This document shows, piece by piece, positions 32,601-47,300 of a stretch of DNA of 64,000 nucleotides; the first letter of the stretch is position 1, and the number at the start of each line of letters is the position of its first letter. Made by a program: the position numbers and the translations under genes. The stretch is from Iphione sp. A-MEVVRFRX5 (lineage: Eukaryota), in assembly GCA_976226885.1 (NCBI GenBank), contig OZ320314.1, positions 97,030,001 to 97,094,000 of the forward strand, given 5' to 3'. The notes beneath the pieces are model-generated. The model had not been told where the DNA came from, did no database searches, and was given only the letters and a program-made list of their open reading frames with translations.

Positions 32601-35600
32601 GTATCCCCCCTCACTTTTGTGACGGCTGTCATCAGTGTCCATGAAGACAAAAGCATCGGTAGGGGATCCGTGCCATCCCTGTTTCCGAGTCACGCAACAA
32701 ATAGGGGAAAGAAGGTAGGAGGGGAAGGGAGTCAAGAGAGAGTGAGGGCGAGAGAGACAGACAGACAGACAGGGTAAAAAAACACACAACTGGATGAGGT
32801 GGACGGCCAGCAATTGTTGCTCACCGCAACTTGGCCCGTGATCAACAAGAAAGGCAAAGTCAAACAAAGGAAAGCTGATATGGTGCAATCAGTGCCAGCG
32901 GCCCTGGTTATTAAGGCACACCCATCCGAGTCTGGGTACGCCCGGCGCAGCACACGCATGCGTGAAGACACAATCACAAAGTGACACAACCAAACACACA
33001 CACCGACCAATCTACTCCACACCTTCTGTGCTTCGGTCTGCTTTCTCTTCCTCTCACCTCTGCCAGATTGTCATTAGGTCGGACTGATTCCAAGCTGAGA
33101 TTCTGCACTCTTTGGCATCAGATATCTGCTATTAAAGGCTCCGACCCGTTGCGAGAGAACTCTTACCCCCTCCTCTCCTCCCATTATGATGGATACCCTA
33201 GAGAGATTATACCATCAAGTAGCGACGACTTTTGTCTGATGATCATTACTGAATTAATGAGCCAGGCATAGACACTCCCAAAAAAGTCAAGCAGGAAGCA
33301 ATCACACTTCATTGGAAACATCAGCTGTAATTGAAAATGACAATGAGTAGCATCTGCGCCGGCGTCTGCCATCTTGTGGCATGAGCTCAATAGAGAATCA
33401 GACAGATAACCTGGACATTGTCCTCAGCCATGGGCATCAGCTGCACCCATCTACAAACCGGGATTAGGCTTTTGTGTTCACATCCCGCCTTTTATGGTGT
33501 CTTTTTTGTGCGAAAATTGCTCCGAAATCAGTGAAGTCTTTTATTTTTCTCTGAAAAGCAGCCTGTGTCGAAGCGGCCGCTAATGGCGGCGAAGATATGG
33601 CTGGAGAGTTTGGGCTGACAAAAGAACAGGCTGCGCGACCCTTGTTGGTGTGGTTTCGGTGGCGGAGATATTAAAAAGGAGGGAAACGCACTCACTGTCT
33701 GGTCCGAATCTGAGTTTGGCCGGGCGCCGGGTGATCTGCTGATCGGGTGATGGACAAGGCCAAAGTAAGATGGATGGTGTTTGCTCTTGGCTAAGAGCTG
33801 CTCGTCGGCGTCTGGCAGGGTACTCACAGTCTGCTCGTGACCAGTCCACAGCATATTCAGCCGCCGCGGTGAGCAGATGTAAGAATCGTGTAATATCTTC
33901 TGCAAACAATGAACCCTGGAGGGACATGGATATGAGAGGCACAGGCGCCGTCGTAGGAGCTGGGGCGATGACGTCATAGGTAACGTCATCACGTTCACTT
34001 AGCTCGTTATCAGAGAACCGTAAATACTGCGGCTGTTGGACGTTCACTACAAATACAATTTATGGAAGAAACGAGGGATATCTGCACTTTTATTCATCGT
34101 TTCTCTCTCTGATTGTTATTATGCAATTGCTTGCTTCGTCCATTTCTTTGGCACTGAATGCAACACTTTGACCGTATTCGCATTCCATTTTGCTTCTACA
34201 GCCCGTCCGTTACCCAACAATCATGTGGGGGCAAATTAAAATATGTTCTCTTACAAAAAGGAAGGGAACTCGAGACAAAAGGTTAGGAGAATTACTGTAC
34301 TAATCCCCTGGAGCTCTACCGGTAACGACGCCGTAACGGAGCCCCCAGGGGGCGCCCTGTTGCCACCTGGCAGGTGCGCCTGATAGATTGGTTCTTTTTT
34401 CCCCTCCCCATCCTCCCCCCCTAAGGGGAACGTCGGCCCCTTAAACTCTCACGACCCAGAGGACAGACAGAGAAGACGGGGAGAGACGATGGGAGAAATG
34501 GTGCTGCGGGAAGACAAGAGAGGATGCTTGATGGCAAGGGGAATGGGTGTTTGTGATTGCTCACTGAATGACTCACCTGACTCTTGCCTGCATGTAGTTG
34601 AGCTGCTCCCCAGGTCTTCAAGCCCATCTTCACCTGCTGGTGACAGTGCTGGCTGGATGAGCATTATTATTCCTCCAACCCTCGCCGTCTACTCCCACAG
34701 CCTTGGCTCATGTCACAGCTTGAGTGATTCCCTTCGCCCTGGCCATCTTAGAAAGCCCAGGCAAGAGAGATGAGCAGCTCATCAGCAGCCACTAATTGAA
34801 AAATGGGTCGGCCCATTGTCGCAGGGAATTGATATCGTTAATAATGAACGGCCGTGGGTTGGCCGCACCCAAGGTCCAGTCTTTGTTTTTAGGTAATTTA
34901 TGGCGTGGATGGGTGTGGCTACACATTTATATTGTAATGCAATCAAATAGTCCCAAGGGCTAATAGCATATGGATTACAGCAGCCAGAAGACACAAATAT
35001 CGAGTCATGTGTCTTCATTCATGTCATGGGGTCACGGATATTGTCGATGCACTCAGTTTGCTTTTTATATTTTCTACAAATGAAGAGAATATTAGTTCAA
35101 TAACACAAATATGACTTGAAAAGACCCGTAAGATTTATGGAAACTCATCAGATTATTCACGTCATAGAGTACCTTAAAAACACAGCTATAAGCACGTGTC
35201 TAATAATATAAAGTTTCAAGAGAAGGAGCGTCCTAGTGGAGATATTGCAAGCTGATAAAGGGAATCCCTGCTCTGAAACCTTGAGATCAACCATTATTTA
35301 TTACCAATTACAGTAACGTCTGCCCCTAATTTCAGTATCAATTATTTTTTGAATTTCGTTGTTTTTGTTTGGCCCAAATAGAATTATAGAATATTTCCGA
35401 CGTGCAAGTCTGACCAACCCCGAGCTCTCTGAAGTATCATTATACATTTGCAAGGATCGCCACACACAAAGACAAGCTTGGTCATATTTATGTGGGCGCT
35501 CAGCCGGAGATCAAAGCTTCTGTTGAGGTTTCCGACTGAACCCTCACCTGCCCTCCCTTCTCATGACCGCCTCTCCCCGTCACCACGCCACAGTTCCTAC

Positions 35601-38600
35601 CTGGCTCAACCTACGACCGCAGGTGCTCAGGTATCGACACCTCTCGGCAACCTAAGACCCGTGATTCACGCAAAGGTTCAGCACCATCGCCTAGCATCTC
35701 CTGTGATAGGAGAAAAATGCGCTTCAGTACAGACAAACTGGAGACCACTCGGCCGAGAGAGATGCAACAGATATGCATCTGATGCTCTCAAAGAGGTCAG
35801 AGATAGCTACGTGTCCGCCCTTTAATCTCCGTTCGGCCGAGAGGAGGAGATGCATTCATTGGTCGACATGGCCCGGACGTACATATAATGAACGGATTGT
35901 GGAGGACATCACACACATAAACACAGACATCCATCTTTTTCACCGGAGGGGGAAAAGCAGGGGGGGGGGGGCTTTTTTACATCCCATATATTACGTAGAA
36001 AACAATGGACTGGTTGGAACAATAGATCCTATTGTGCCAGAATGAATCGTGCACAATAACACTCGTGATAAAATGACATGTCACTGGTGAGTTCTTTTTA
36101 CCATACTATAGTGCTACATATTTTTCACGAACAAATACAGGTTCTGTAATCAATTATACGAATGATGTACATTAAAAACTCATATCAAAATGTCTGACTG
36201 TATTCTACTAGGAATATGCCTGCCTATATTGCGGCCAGACATTAAGTAGGCGCCCCCTCTGTCTTGTACTCATGGCCAAGCCACGGGGAATTATCCAACA
36301 GGTTCGCTGATGGCCTCATCAGTCGCTGGCCGTCGTTCTGGTGACTACGGGGTCGGTCGCCATGACAACAAGTCATCCGTCTCGGGCTCCTCGCGCGCCT
36401 CGTCAAGGATGGCGAAATAAAAGATTCATGTCGGACGACGTATTTTTGACCAGAAACAGCCCGCCATAAATTCGCTGCTGAACTGTCTTCCTTGGAAAGG
36501 ACGCGCCCGACGCCCGCTGCCGGAGAGTAGTTTATCTTGGTTGCCATGGTAATGAGACCATTATGGCGGAAGGCCTCCGCGCGTAAGACAGTTGCTCGAG
36601 GAGTTGAAGTTGGTGGTTGGGGGGGGGGATGGGACAGGGTAAGGGAAGATGGCGGGGAGGGGGAGGGGTTGCTAAGGAGGGAGAGAAGGGCCAGAAGAAG
36701 AGAGCTGGCGTCAAAAAGCTCAAGGCCTGATGGATAAGTCCACTTCATGGTGGACGTTGTCATGGATATCCTGCCAGATATATGCCGAGCACTTCGTCTC
36801 GGCGATCTTGTCGACACTCCTCGTAGAACTTCCGAGGCCCGTCCTCGTTTTCCGCCGAGGGTGATTGATACCATTTGAGGGTTCATACGAGAAGCAGCAT
36901 CATATATGGGACGAGAGCTCGATAGCAGCAGACTCGCCGTCTTTCCTTCTGTATAAGGAAATTGATGCTTCACTTATAAAACTCGATCTTTCTGACTAGA
37001 AATGCATGTACATGTATAAATGATATATTGTTTGGGGTCCTTAGTGAACGAGAAAGGTGTGAACAATGTGAGAGACGCAGAACTGGCGAGTAGGACTTTC
37101 ACCGTCGTGTCTACAACTTAATCGTGAACCATTTTTAAATGCCAACACGCGACTGAGAAGTTTCTTTGGCAGCTCGGAGCTGGAAGGCCGTGACTGATAT
37201 ATCGAAGCTGTTGGCCTGCAGACAAGTGGCTCAGTGACCGGGCTGAGCAACCCTGATCAGCCCTGAGCAGCTCGTAGTGGGGAGGATCACTTTATGGCAG
37301 CGAGCGCCAGTATGATGCACGAGCAGTACGTAAATCACCAGCCATCGCCACTGGACCGCGGTGATCCACACTCGCATAAAGGCCGTCTGAGATAGATGCC
37401 TATGTCCGCCATCTTCCTCATCGTCGTTCTACATCCGAGGCGATGTCGTCTACGAAAACTTCGCCTTCAACCTGCATGCGGATACAGAATGCCACATGAA
37501 AGTTAAGCACGTGTTATCATACTGACAGTTTCTTAGAATCTCGGATTTAAATTGTTCGTTCCTCCATCAAGGGTTATACATGTATTAGCCTTCTGATAGC
37601 CATCATAACTACATCATGGGAAATTTATTACATACCCTTTATTTAAGAAAATCTCATTCTTGATTTCAATGCGCCCTTTGTTTACCAAAGTTGTACGCCA
37701 CACAAAGAGACACAGAATATCACATCAGATTTAATCACGTGTGACCTTATTGACAGTTTTACTTATCATTTCAACCGTTCATTTATCAAGCAAGGTATAT
37801 GCATATATATTACATCTCTGATAGTATCATAGTATTAACAAACAATTGGATAACCCCCATTACTGCCAAGTATTCATGGGTTTTATTATTATTTTTATAT
37901 ATTTTCACTGAAATTTTACTATCGACTTTGTTAGGGATTTTATCACCGAAAATGGAGTCGTAATACTTACTCGTTATGAACCAGCTAATTATCTGCTTCA
38001 CATTTCATTTACAGGCTCAATTATGCAAATAGAGCGAGCAATCACCTTTCTCTCCGACACGACAGCAGATGAATGAAAAAAAAAACAGAGTACGGTATGC
38101 TGAATACATATCTTCTACGGACGTGAAAAAAAGTTCATAAAAGAGGAAAAATGACGTACTTATGCTACCAAGAGGGTATGCGATGAGAGAGTATCTATAC
38201 CAGAGGAAATCGGAGCAATGTGAGATGAAAAACAATATATGTATCAATTCTCAGCCGAGAAATATGCATACAGTCAGGCATTATAATAATGACCTCCAAT
38301 GGTTGTACATACATACAAATCAATGGAATCTCATATACATATATCAACAGGGACCGTACCTGTCTGAAGAGCAAGTTAGCCTGTAGGCTCACTTCCTTAA
38401 TTCTAACAGGCCTTACAGATCTTATTGACAATACAGTGGATTGTATATGTTGTATAGTGCCCCTGAAGTATAGGAAATTGGTGATGTTGTCGCACCAATA
38501 GTTAATATCTTCAGGATTTGATTAAGTTTGATAAAGGATACATAAGATTCATAGGATTTTTATAAACTTTATATAACCTGGCTTGGGATGCCAGGGCTCC

Positions 38601-41600
38601 CACAAAGTACATGTATACAGAGACTAAAGTTGCTAGCATATGTATACATTTTTACAGCAGTCAGTTTGAATGCTTCAAGAAGATCCAGTTCTTACATGTT
38701 ATACAAGACCATTTTATCCTCTGCTTATTACATGGGCATGGCACAACACTTTATTCTGGCTGATCGTGGGTGTTAGTAATATAACAGAAATGTACTGTGT
38801 TCATACAGAGCTTAGTGCAACGATACTGGTGTTGCTTCAGTGATATGATATTGTAATGCATAAATATGATTTTGAAAACATTGCAAGAAATGTCATTAAT
38901 ATTGTAGCATTTTGACTATTCTGTGGGTTTTAGCCCACCCTCCAATTTTTCTTTCTCATTTTAATTAGTTGAAGGGCAGTCATTTGACGCGTGCGTGTTA
39001 AAAGTTTAGGGTTATATCCAGCCTTATTACCTACCATATGGTCTTAATTATTCTCGATGCTATGTTTTATTGTAATTACATACATTTCTTTTACAAGTAC
39101 AGCCTAAATGTCTAAATGTAAACCTTTTATTTTAGAGACGATTTTCTAAGCAGTGACACATACTAAGTGTAAAGAGAGGAATTTCGGCAAGACCCATTTC
39201 CAACGAAACTACAGTAAGCCTACAACGGGCCTACAGCCTTTGTACATGTAGGAACCTAGTTAGCATAGCCTGGACATTTAGGTTGTAGATTATAAACACG
39301 ACTAGCACCGACAAACGTCATTTACTTGTTAAGTTGTTTGTACAGCTCTTTTTCACATGGGCATTTGACATACACTTCCATTTATACTTGCCGGTGGCAG
39401 GTGCTGTATTGCTCATGTGTGTAACCTTCACTAATAGTAAGTGTCAGCCACGGCTGGGCCGGAGCTCCTGGTTACTTCACGTGAACTGTTCCGAACTAGA
39501 GCCAGATGTGATACACAGCGAGTCGGCCTTGGCCTGATTGGATCTGCATCATGAAGGCAGCTCGTAGGAAAGGTGATACACCTGAACGGATGGACGGTCG
39601 GGCCATATGACGTCCCCGGCGACTTGCCGCGCGTGCTCCGCCCTCGCCTCCCACGAAGGAGGAAGAAAAAAACGGCTGACTTGCGTCGGTGCGCGGCGGA
39701 ACATGCGCACATGAGCCATTAAGTGCTCATATTTCATCGATGCTATGTATATACAAGTCACGTAGGGGTTTGTACCGACCTCATGACACCTGGTATCACG
39801 TACATGCGCATGACCAACACGAACAGAGAAGCGCACTACAAGCCAGCTATTCGGTATATAGAGAGTAACCATTTCAAGCAGGGCTGAGTCCTGGCCGACC
39901 TTCATTATCGCCCACTTCTGTCGAAGCACCTTACTAAATCGATACAAAAGACGCGTGTGAGTGTTATGGGACAAATGAATGATGAGCATTATAAATGCAG
40001 ATGTAAGTTTGAATATTTTCGTAGTCCAACAAATGAGAAACTGACTGTTTTTATCAGAATACGCCATCTTAAACTTCAAAGTGTCTTGGTGTAACTTCAA
40101 TCACTGTAAGCTGAATTTCCATGTTTCAGCATCTCTGTGTTGTCTGTCTATGCATGTTTTGGGAATGTATAGGATAACAGCACAAGTGTATCTATATACA
40201 TATATATCTGTGTAGCATGTACTGTGCCTCTATGGTGCATGTTTTTGGAATGGCACATGTCCCATTTTCCATGGATGTGTATCTTTGTTTAGGGGGGGCT
40301 ATGGTTAAACGAAGTGGTGATACATGGGTCCACATTAGTTCCATAGCTATTTCATTGGTTTGGATGATTAGTAAGGGAGGTACGAACATTTCATGGCATG
40401 CAATCCACAGTGCTAAAACATGCAACACGGAGACATGGTGTGCATGAAACTTCAGCCTAAGGGGTATTTCCATGTACACAGATTGTATAAACGCAGGCAA
40501 AATGACCAGCATACTCTATATAGGAATTTCCATGTCCATGGATTGTCCAGCCCTGCACGCATGTCCAGACAGAATGGTACACATAGCGGTCTAGCCGCAC
40601 CTATCGGTACCCTTGCCTGGGTTGGCTTGCATGGAAAGCGCCACTAATACCTGGTTTGCTTACCTGCATTGTCATCCGTACATTTTTGGTGCATCGAGGT
40701 ATGTTTTTATTGTATCAGTGATGTCTATTGAAGGGTGACTTTTGATTTTGTGTGTGTTATGGTGCGTTGTGCATCCATTGTGAACATGTTAAAAAATTTA
40801 ATGCAAATGCAAACCAATGTATAGTAGTACACCACACATATTCTTTGAATCGGGTGGAAATGGGCACTATTATGCACATTTCCAGTTATTCACACATTTT
40901 GGCACAGTTACTCACAAATTCATCCTTTTCTAAACTTTCGTCATTTTCACCATTTTATGGCATTTAGCATCAAATTTGTCCTTTTCCATCAGTTTTTCCA
41001 TCATTTTTGCCATCTTTCACAGCTTCTACCATCAACTCTTTTCCTCATGATTTACACACACAAATACATTTTCCTCAACAGACCTCATAGGGCACCCCTC
41101 TCTGTGATGCATCAATGAGGCATAAACACAAACTAATGCACATAGAGGACGGAGCCTAATACAGGCCAATACAGGTATGGAAACTGGGCCTAAGACCTGC
41201 TTTCCATGTGTATGGTTTACTCCATATATGGGAAAGTCTGGAGCATTTAGCCAGTTTTCTGGACCTTATCACACCTCTCTGTAGAAGTGCTTTCCAAGTG
41301 TATGGACTCCCTGGCCTCTCCCTGGTAGAAAGCCTCTATCCTACTCATCTGTGTTGGTGTTCCAGAGTCTTGAGAAATTCGTGGACACTGCTTGTATTTG
41401 GTCTCTGGACACAGACTATGCACCGCTATCTACAGACACATGGAAACACACCTATTCATTGTCATATTATACATTTTTTTCTGCAGCACATAGTCTGGAA
41501 TGTGAAAGAAATATTCATACACAGGGAAAGAAGGCCGGAGTCAACATTCTGTATCTCCCTGGATCATTGACACAAGTGGCCTACATATGTCTGCGCCCAA

Positions 41601-44260
41601 TGCATGGAAATTTTACCTGCCCTCACCCTAAAATACACATTTTGTTCACGGTAAGGAAGTCTTTCCATGTATCCGCCAATTTTTTCAGACACGGGGGATT
41701 CCAGGACATAGAACATAGTACGGGAAGGTATACCCATGTGTCTGTAGTTAAAACAATAGATGAAGTGACCCCTAGGAATACTACCGAGATCTGATTTTGG
41801 TAGAGAATCAACAGAAAATGGATGATGGATATGGACACAACTCTGGACTTCCCGGTATCTACTATAGACTTTGATCCTGGAGACATGTCTGTGTCCATAT
41901 TATATGTACATATGGGTACGAATCATTAGAATAGAGAGAGATTGGACATGATGCTGTCCCGGCCCCGTGTCTGTGTTCATAACCTATGTATACATAGAAA
42001 GACTGCCTAACTATCCTACCAAATCTCATTAGATTACCCTACAGTATATGCAATGTGTAAAGGCTGAGGCGTCAGACAAAGGGAGTTTTGTACGAGACAT
42101 GCATCAATGGGCTTCCACATTAGTCTAAGTATCATGTCTTTCAGGTGGATTTCCTCCTTGGATGTAACAATCGGTCTAAGCAGCTGCTGTGTCGACATGC
42201 CACTGACAACTCGTAAATTAAAGGCGCTAATGGCACCCATGCTTACAATATATTTCTTCATTCCTCATTCGGTAATCAGTAGGCATACATCCGTGGATAT
42301 ACAATGTATAAACTTGTTCAAGACGTGGCTAGGCCCTTTCCTCTGTGAATACTACCAAGTCTGTGGTTCAGCCAGCAGGATTGTGTTCATACGTATAGTT
42401 GCCTTGTTTGTTAGTTGCTATGGTTGCATTTCCTGTCAGGTGGCACTATACAGTGTAAACTTATATTTGTTTTTTGGCTAATTTTACACATGTGGCACGG
42501 CTTCAACTGTTGTTTCTTTAGGCGTTATATTGTGATGGAGATGCACACGTCGCATGTTTGGGCAAATTTTGCTATTACTCTGCACGTGAGACCTGATCCT
42601 GGCCAATTATTTGTCCAGGGGCAGGTTTTTTTTAACTTGTATATTATCAAGACACATGTAGGTAACTTTACATGCTATCTTTAACACTCCATGTACACGA
42701 ACAGTCGTTAGTCAAAGTTTGTGTTCATATAAATAGAGAAAAAAATTAAATGCATAGCATGAAAAAAATGTAGCGAACACATCGTCTAAAAATTATGTTG
42801 AAAATCTTTTAATTATCGGAATTATTACACTGCCGCTACATATAACGTTCCATATTCGAACATCAACATGTTGCAAACCTGCCAGCTTCCGTTTCATTTG
42901 ATCAAATCCGGGGCCCACAAATGAATACCTACCATCGCAGGTATATTACAGGGGATACCCTCATTTTTTCCCTGAAAGCACCTGCCTTACGCGCTGGACA
43001 CCCATTCATTCCCTCCCTCTAGTGGTACAAAGCCAATGACAGGTTTCTAGTAATCCATAGTTAATGATAACATTGACTGACAGCATCAGACAGGTAGCAT
43101 TCCTCTTTCTTTGCACCTGGTCGATCATTTATATTGCAACATTTACAATACGGGCATTACTTTTCGAGAGATATAACGAGAGGGAAAAGTTTGAAGCTGG
43201 TGTATTTGTTGGGGGTAATTGTAACTATCATAATGAACTACATGTACATCGTCCTCGGCTATAGCAATACAGTGTACATGTAACCAATATCACTAAGAAC
43301 GTATTCGAGCTGAGGACTGCGGGTCATTTGGATAGAGAGGTTCTCTGTAAATCATTCTCCCTTTATTCACTTGTCTCAAAATCCTTTTCCTCATCACTCA
43401 TACCCACTTGCTCTCATCAGACTTGTTTCTAGGCTGTCACCCCCACACGCGCACTCAAGTAGGTAGGCCCGCTTTCATTCAAGCACGAGACAACCTGCCA
43501 CCCCTTGTCGACCGAGTGATCTCGACCCGGACGCGATGGTTGCTACTTTCAGATGGGTACATGGACGGCGAGGTGGCAGTAGGCAGATGGCGTACGGCCG
43601 TGTGGAGGCTGTAGTTGCATAGCGCGGCGAACACTGAGCCTTTTGGGCGCGGAGGAAAGCGACGCTGACGACGACCGACTCTCCAGTCAGTTGGTCGCGA
43701 AGCGCGCTCTTGCGCCCGACGTTGAGGTCATCACCTGTGGAGGTAAGCCAGCTAAAGACAGATTCGAGGAAGAGGAGAGCCTGGAAAAGCAAGCGGAAGC
43801 AGCAGAGTAAGCTACCCGTCGGAGATTACCTCTTTTTAAACATCAACGGAGGATACTCCCTTCGAATATTGGTCCAACGGTACATATGTTTTGAGTACGC
43901 ATTATTGCACCGAAATTGATTGTTTTCCGCTCTGACCTACACGTCTCGCCGGTCTGGAATGCTTGACTGGAGATGATGAACTCGCCCGCCACCCAGGATT
44001 GCGTGGGTATCCATGTTAGCCGGCGGCTCTCGGCGCAGGGCGTAGGGGGCCGAGGCAAGGTCGGCGGCGTCAGCACGCGGAGGATAGCAATAAGGACTGG
44101 GCGGCAAGGAGCTGCCGGGGAGAGGTCGGGGCCGCCCCGCCAACTGCGCTCCACAACGTCCGCTCTGTCGGCAGGCTACGCATCAGACGGACTGCGCAAT
44201 CCGCAAATGGCTTTCTTGCCTGACGACGACCACCGGAGCAGAAAGCCGAGGAGGAAGACT

Positions 44261-44336
44261 ATGGCGTCGTGCAAGTGGATGGTACCTGTCCTATGTTGGA
44301 TGTACCTTGTGTTACCAGCTCGAGGATTTGATATAA
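44261..44336 (+). CDS. Candidate host first coding exon encoding a signal peptide
   Basis: MASCKWMVPVLCWMYLVLPARG-FDI followed by a phase-1 GTAAGT donor, downstream of a CpG-rich stretch (about 43400-44300). No partner exon confirmed. Confidence 0.3.
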
Positions 44337-47300
44337 GTAAGTCACCATTTACCTCCCATGATTGCCTCCAAATACCCTGACCTTTTACTATTCTTTCCCC
44401 GACGGATCTACATCCCAAACCCCTGGCTGTAGTCGCTTCTACATTGATCAGTGTCTCCGCAGGCCCACGTCGTGGTTTTCAAACGCTTTTGAGATATGTG
44501 AGATGCTTGTTCTCGAAAGAACTGACTGGATCAAACTTAGTCGAGCCGTTGTAGTCTTGAAAGGCCTCAAGTGGGTGTCAGATTCTCCCGTATAGCTTGG
44601 TCTTAATCGATAGCGGGCTGTTTATTTTTTACCTCGTGAAGGCTACAGAAATAGTAAACAGTAACACAAGCGAAAAAATCGGCAACTCTATATTCAATCC
44701 AGCAGTATATTACAGCACAAGCCATACCATAAACGATTTGTCATCTCTCACTTTTAAAACTGAGATACATGTATTTTATATTTTTTGTTTCGACCTAAAA
44801 TACCCGATTTTTAAGTCGCCTACAAAACATGCGCTATTCGTTTGCTTTCATCATGGCTACCTAAACATCTTTTAATTTACGGTTGGTGAGACAAAGGTCC
44901 TCGAAATATTTTGAGCACATCATGCAGTGGCACCTTTCTTAATCTCTAAAAGGAGAAAGCCTTCCGTGTAGGGTGGATACAGGTAATTGCACATTCGTTG
45001 CGCGCCCAGCTTGTCTTTGTTCGCTCACCATTGGTGCAGTGTGCCGTGAGATCAGGTACGAGCGGCGTCTGATGACAGCCTCCTAGTGGTGGGGGCCTTC
45101 TTTTTAATACATTAGTTTTTCTCCTTCAAAAATGCTTTCTTCTTCTTCCTCTGCAGCTGCTGCTACCTTTCTTTATTCTCCTTTTTTTCTTTAATATTCT
45201 CATCGTCTTGATCTAGCTTCTGTTCGAGATGTATAGGGACAAAGTACATGTATGCAGATGCATATCAATGTATTGCTATTTAGCTACTATTGTTTTTTCC
45301 TGTCATTTTCCACATTGCCTGTTCCTCCACCTCCACTCTATTCTCTTTTTCTTGTTGCTTATTCCTCTATTCCTCGGTCTTCTACTTAGGTCTTCTTGTC
45401 CAGTTCCTTTGCTTTCCCATCGACTACGGTTTTGCTGCATTTATTTACCAAGATCTTAAACCTCCGTACTAGTTCACCATCTTTTTAATGACTCTGGCAC
45501 ATTTTCCCAAATAATCAATGTAAAGTAGTGTCTTTCAATACCTTGGTTAATTTCCTGTTTGCAACTTAGATAACACTATCACTATTAGATAACTATCTTT
45601 TGTATTGTTTACTTGACAAGCCTATATCACCAGGTTGCAGAATTGGTTGATATTAGAGATGCTCCTCAAACAGTGACCCTGCTACGGTTTCTTAACACCT
45701 CCTCCTGTTTCTTCTTGACTTCTCGTCTTCCTCTCCCTCCTGCTGTTCTATAGAGATAGTTTATTTATAATGGGACGATCTGATTATAATCACGGGGGCG
45801 ATATTTGAGCACAGGGCCTCCAACGTCGTGTTGTTATCTATGTGTGGCCTGAACCCGCCACACTTCTACGTTTTCAGGCCAGGGAGACTGACATTAGGTG
45901 TTTTACACACGACAGCACATGCAGACAAGTTCTCTACCGACCACGTGCTTTACGCTGCCTGACCCTTGGATTTTGGCGAGTGCTAACTCCGCTGGCAAAG
46001 CAAGGAACCTATGCCTCAACGCTATAAGCAGTGTCTCCCTGTATAAAATTGGTACATGTATTCATACTCGGGTCCTAGAGACTATTAAATGGAAAAGGAA
46101 TGGACTAGGTTTGTAACAGTGTAACATGAATTATGCGTTGGGTCTACGGTTTAAGATCGCACGACAAATAGAGGTGCAGAAATAGAAGGATGTGTAAAAA
46201 CATGGTAATTGCATCAAAAACAAAAACAGAGGCTATTCGCAATCTAGGTGATCCTGCAATAACGAGGGCTGTCAATAAATTGCACATATATACGTATAAC
46301 AACACCCAGGGCAGCCTGTACCCCCTGCGAGGCTACCGTCTGCTGCTGCAGAAGCATACAGGGCCAGTCATTAACGGTCGACTGCCTCCGTCGCGCTGGG
46401 GGGGGGGGGGCTGCAACAATATAGAAACAGCAGTAAACCACCGGCTGGTGAAAGTACTGTGAGGTGATGATACATCTCTTGCTGGGTGCAATACTGCATG
46501 CTCGTATCCTGTAGGCCGCACAATGCCGCCTCTGGTCGATACGGCCCCCCCCCAGATCTACCCTAGCGAGAGGGAGTATCAGATCAGAGATCCAAAGGCA
46601 GTAAGCCACACAACTGCTGATCCCCGCCTTAAATTTAAACCGACTTAAAGATGTCTTTCCGTCGCTCCTAGAGCTTTTGTCCCTCGCTTCCTTCAACGTT
46701 CCCCTCCTTTTATATCCACCCCCACCCTCTTTGCCCTATTGAAAAGGCTGTGATTAGAGACCGATGGGCATGACGTTGCATGGTATTGCGACAATAGCAT
46801 ACAGAGCAATGGTTTCGGCGAGTACCTACGTGATAGGATATATGCCCACAACAATGGCTCCGGAAGTCCGTGCAATGCTGTATCTCGGAGTGTGCGTTCG
46901 ATATTTTCCTCCCGAATTATTCACGTCCCATCTCTTGTAGAATGTCCGTCTTTGTTGATCGACATACGATCTCTTCCATGTGGTAAGGAATGGCAGCTAT
47001 ATTGTGCTGCTCGTGTACATGCCGTGATCTGCGCGCTCCTTGTTGAAGAACACTACACGCCCTCCACTAAGCTCCATGTAGATCCAAGGATGCCGTCGCA
47101 GTAGCAGCAGGCCTTCTCTAGCTTTTAAATGTTTAATTCGATCTCGGGGTAGTTATTAGGGGTTGATTGATGGCGGCAGCATTAAGGACCGTCTGACAAT
47201 GGTCCACTTGGGGAGATACCATGCATGGTTGCATGATGACACGATCGTTGCCCCTACCTTTGCCTGCCGCCGCCGTCTTGCCAGGGCAGGCCTCCGCTCT

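Noticed and set aside
34340-34380. Two adjacent CTCF-like motifs
   Set aside because: Imperfect matches that cannot be supported without PWM scoring or ChIP data.
33528-37450. ORFs of 125-243 aa (33580, 35448, 36242) in the host flank
   Set aside because: No recognisable domains or consistent splice structure; lengths are compatible with chance in GC-richer patches or decayed repeats.
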